From positions 1 to 58,751 of IMG/VR virus record IMGVR_UViG_3300046168_000001: a stretch of 58,751 nt of DNA; one strand, written 5' to 3'. Both the position numbers and the translations under genes were made by a program. Of this stretch, positions 57,249-58,751 are shown piece by piece. The stretch's first letter is position 1; every line of letters starts with the position of its first letter. Below the pieces are notes generated by a model. That model was not told the DNA's origin. It saw only the letters and a program-made list of their open reading frames with translations, and ran no database searches. The stretch is from a virus (lineage: Duplodnaviria > Caudoviricetes).

Positions 57249-57515
57249 GGGATATTACCTTCCTAGCAAGTTACACAATATTGTGTTGATGATCAGATAT
57301 TGTAACGTGCACCCCTCCGCAAGCAATCTTATTTCTGGCTTTCACAGATTCATCAAGGGTAGTCTACATTTTTAAGTACACACCTGTTTACCCACATGAG
57401 GTTCTAATTAAAGCTGAATCATGTATGGTTACAGTATCTGAAGAGGTAAGATGTCAGTTCATTGTTCTGTACCATCTTACCAATTTGAGGACGCAGCTTG
57501 TCTGCGGCCTTCTTG

Positions 57516-57677
57516 TTATTTGAAAGACTCTATAAGAACTATGAAAGATATCACAGTTCCTATGGTCACAAGCTCTTTGTGTCTCAATACCCAAGGTCCA
57601 TTACCGATTGTAACGTACTGGCATAGACACAGCATGATATACATAAAGAGCGTCAATAGGGTGATAGCTGTAATCAT
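57516..57677 (-). CDS. Small membrane protein (53 aa)
   Basis: Manual translation MITAITLLTLFMYIMLCLC...ISFIVLIESFK. Confidence 0.5.
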   Translation of the reverse strand: MITAITLLTLFMYIMLCLCQYVTIGNGPWVLRHKELVTIGTVISFIVLIESFK

Positions 57678-57838
57678 TTGCTGAAGTCCACAAGTGTCAA
57701 TGCATAAGTAACGACACCAGTTACAGTCATAATACCACAGATGGCAATTATGAATACGTGTGTGTCAGACACAGCAGCAAGGAATGACATAACAAACCCT
57801 ACAAGAGTAAGTATTAAACCGACAATAGTATTATCCAT
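57674..57838 (-). CDS. Small two-TM membrane protein (54 aa)
   Basis: AGGAG RBS; MDNTIVGLILTLVGFVMSFLAA... Confidence 0.6.
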   Translation of the reverse strand: MDNTIVGLILTLVGFVMSFLAAVSDTHVFIIAICGIMTVTGVVTYALTLVDFSK

Positions 57839-57839
57839 T

Positions 57840-57956
57840 TTAGTCTCCTAACCATTCGTTGAGTGCATGGATCAAAGGTGACAGGCACATGAATAAGAGA
57901 CCTGCCAGTGACGTTGCGAGACATACGGCAACAATAGCGAACACAATATCATACAT
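57840..57956 (-). CDS. Small membrane peptide (38 aa)
   Basis: MYDIVFAIVAVCLATSLAGLLFMCLSPLIHALNEWLGD. Confidence 0.55.
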   Translation of the reverse strand: MYDIVFAIVAVCLATSLAGLLFMCLSPLIHALNEWLGD

Positions 57957-58164
57957 TGTATTGACCTTTCCAGAATACAGTGATTACAACAGTAACCTCT
58001 GAGTTAGTGACAACATACATACCAGTAGAGTTGTCAATGAATGTGAACTTGTTGGGGTCAGTACGGTTGACCATCTTGACACCGTTGTTGGTAGTGTTGA
58101 TGATATCCTGTACTGTGCCACCACGCTCTGATAAGCGAGCTTTAGCATGTTTAGTGATATGCAT
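57949..58164 (-). CDS. DUF4258-like small protein
   Basis: ITKHAKARL.ERG...DI...G...VVITVF; AAAGGA RBS before ATG 58164. Confidence 0.65.
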   Translation of the reverse strand: MHITKHAKARLSERGGTVQDIINTTNNGVKMVNRTDPNKFTFIDNSTGMYVVTNSEVTVVITVFWKGQYNV

Positions 58165-58215
58165 GACAGATCCTTTCTGAGATCTTTGAGTGATGATGAG
58201 TATCCCTAAGGACAC

Positions 58216-58287
58216 TCAACGCTCTTTAGCAGCTAGAGCTTCTTTATGGTTGAAGTAAACGACTCCATTGACAACATAGTATGTCAT
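58216..58287 (-). CDS. First early micropeptide (23 aa)
   Basis: AGGAG RBS; MTYYVVNGVVYFNHKEALAAKER. Confidence 0.5.
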   Translation of the reverse strand: MTYYVVNGVVYFNHKEALAAKER

Positions 58288-58443
58288 GTGAGACTCCTGT
58301 GTTAGGACAAGAGGATTCTTATCCATTGTGAAGACAAACCGAGGTACGAGTGTTTGGCTCTTATAGTACTCTATGGTTACTTTAAGTACTCTATGTATCT
58401 ATAGATACTTATATGTATATAGAGTTACATTCCAAAGAGGTTT

Positions 58444-58459
58444 CTATAAGGGGTATATA
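58444..58459 (-). promoter_or_regulatory. Phage RNAP promoter copy pointing into early genes
   Basis: Reverse complement is exact TATATACCCCTTATAG. Confidence 0.75.
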
Positions 58460-58471
58460 CAATTGAACATC

Positions 58472-58751
58472 GTCCCCAAGGTTCCTCATAGTCCTCTAAC
58501 AGTACTCCTGATCGGGTAATAGTCTTAGTAAAGGGTTCTATATACCCCTTATAGATACCATTAGTAGCTCTATAAGGCTCACTGACAGCCCTTAAAGGTA
58601 CAAAGAGTAGGTATAGTACCTAAAAAGCCTAGCGGCGACTGAGCGAAGAGAGAAAGACACTATAAGTATCCCGAAGGGATTCAAAGACATGATTGAATGA
58701 TTAAGAGTACCCTGAGTGATTGAGGGGGTACGAAAGTAATCAGGGTACTCA
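58472..58751. repeat. Right direct terminal repeat (280 bp)
   Basis: Identical to 1-280. Confidence 0.97.
58668..58680 (-). promoter_or_regulatory. ATCCC-GAA-GGGAT hairpin in right DTR; candidate first virion-RNAP promoter
   Basis: C-GAA-G triloop on the + (template) strand upstream of all early minus-strand genes. Confidence 0.6.

Noticed and set aside
1-58751. tRNA genes, integrase/repressor, reverse transcriptase (retron/DGR)
   Set aside because: No cloverleaf, tyrosine/serine recombinase motifs or YxDD RT motifs recognised by eye; tRNAscan and HMM searches were not run

Overview
This window appears to be a complete linear genome of a marine short-tailed (podovirus-like) dsDNA phage, about 58.5 kb, with an exact 280-bp direct terminal repeat (1-280 = 58472-58751). 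The + strand arm (338-42415) is the late region. It carries the large terminase, an MsmA/ring-hydroxylase-like auxiliary gene lacking its Rieske ligands, portal, scaffold, major capsid, a long array of small tail-fibre/tip proteins, holin and endolysin, class II ribonucleotide reductase, a giant tail nozzle protein and the ejection proteins. The - strand arm (58287-42471) carries early small genes, SSB, MazG, a DUF5664-like dNTPase, HNH, DNA polymerase A, exonuclease, RusA, primase-helicase and a T7-like RNA polymerase. A small-terminase-like gene sits inverted inside this arm. The most notable system is an apparent two-polymerase, two-promoter transcription programme. A second, divergent single-subunit RNAP (38858-42415) ends the ejection-protein module and is likely virion-borne. 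It is matched by conserved C-GAA-G triloop DNA hairpins with a compensatory stem change, oriented to fire into the early genes as N4 virion RNAP promoters do. Separately, a 16-bp T7/SP6-style promoter, TATATACCCCTTATAG, occurs at 6 unique intergenic sites. The early arm also contains an ORF-free region of about 600 nt with nested long-range helices, which is a candidate large structured ncRNA. All product names come from motif recognition by eye; no database searches were run. I saw no tRNA, rRNA, CRISPR array or integrase.
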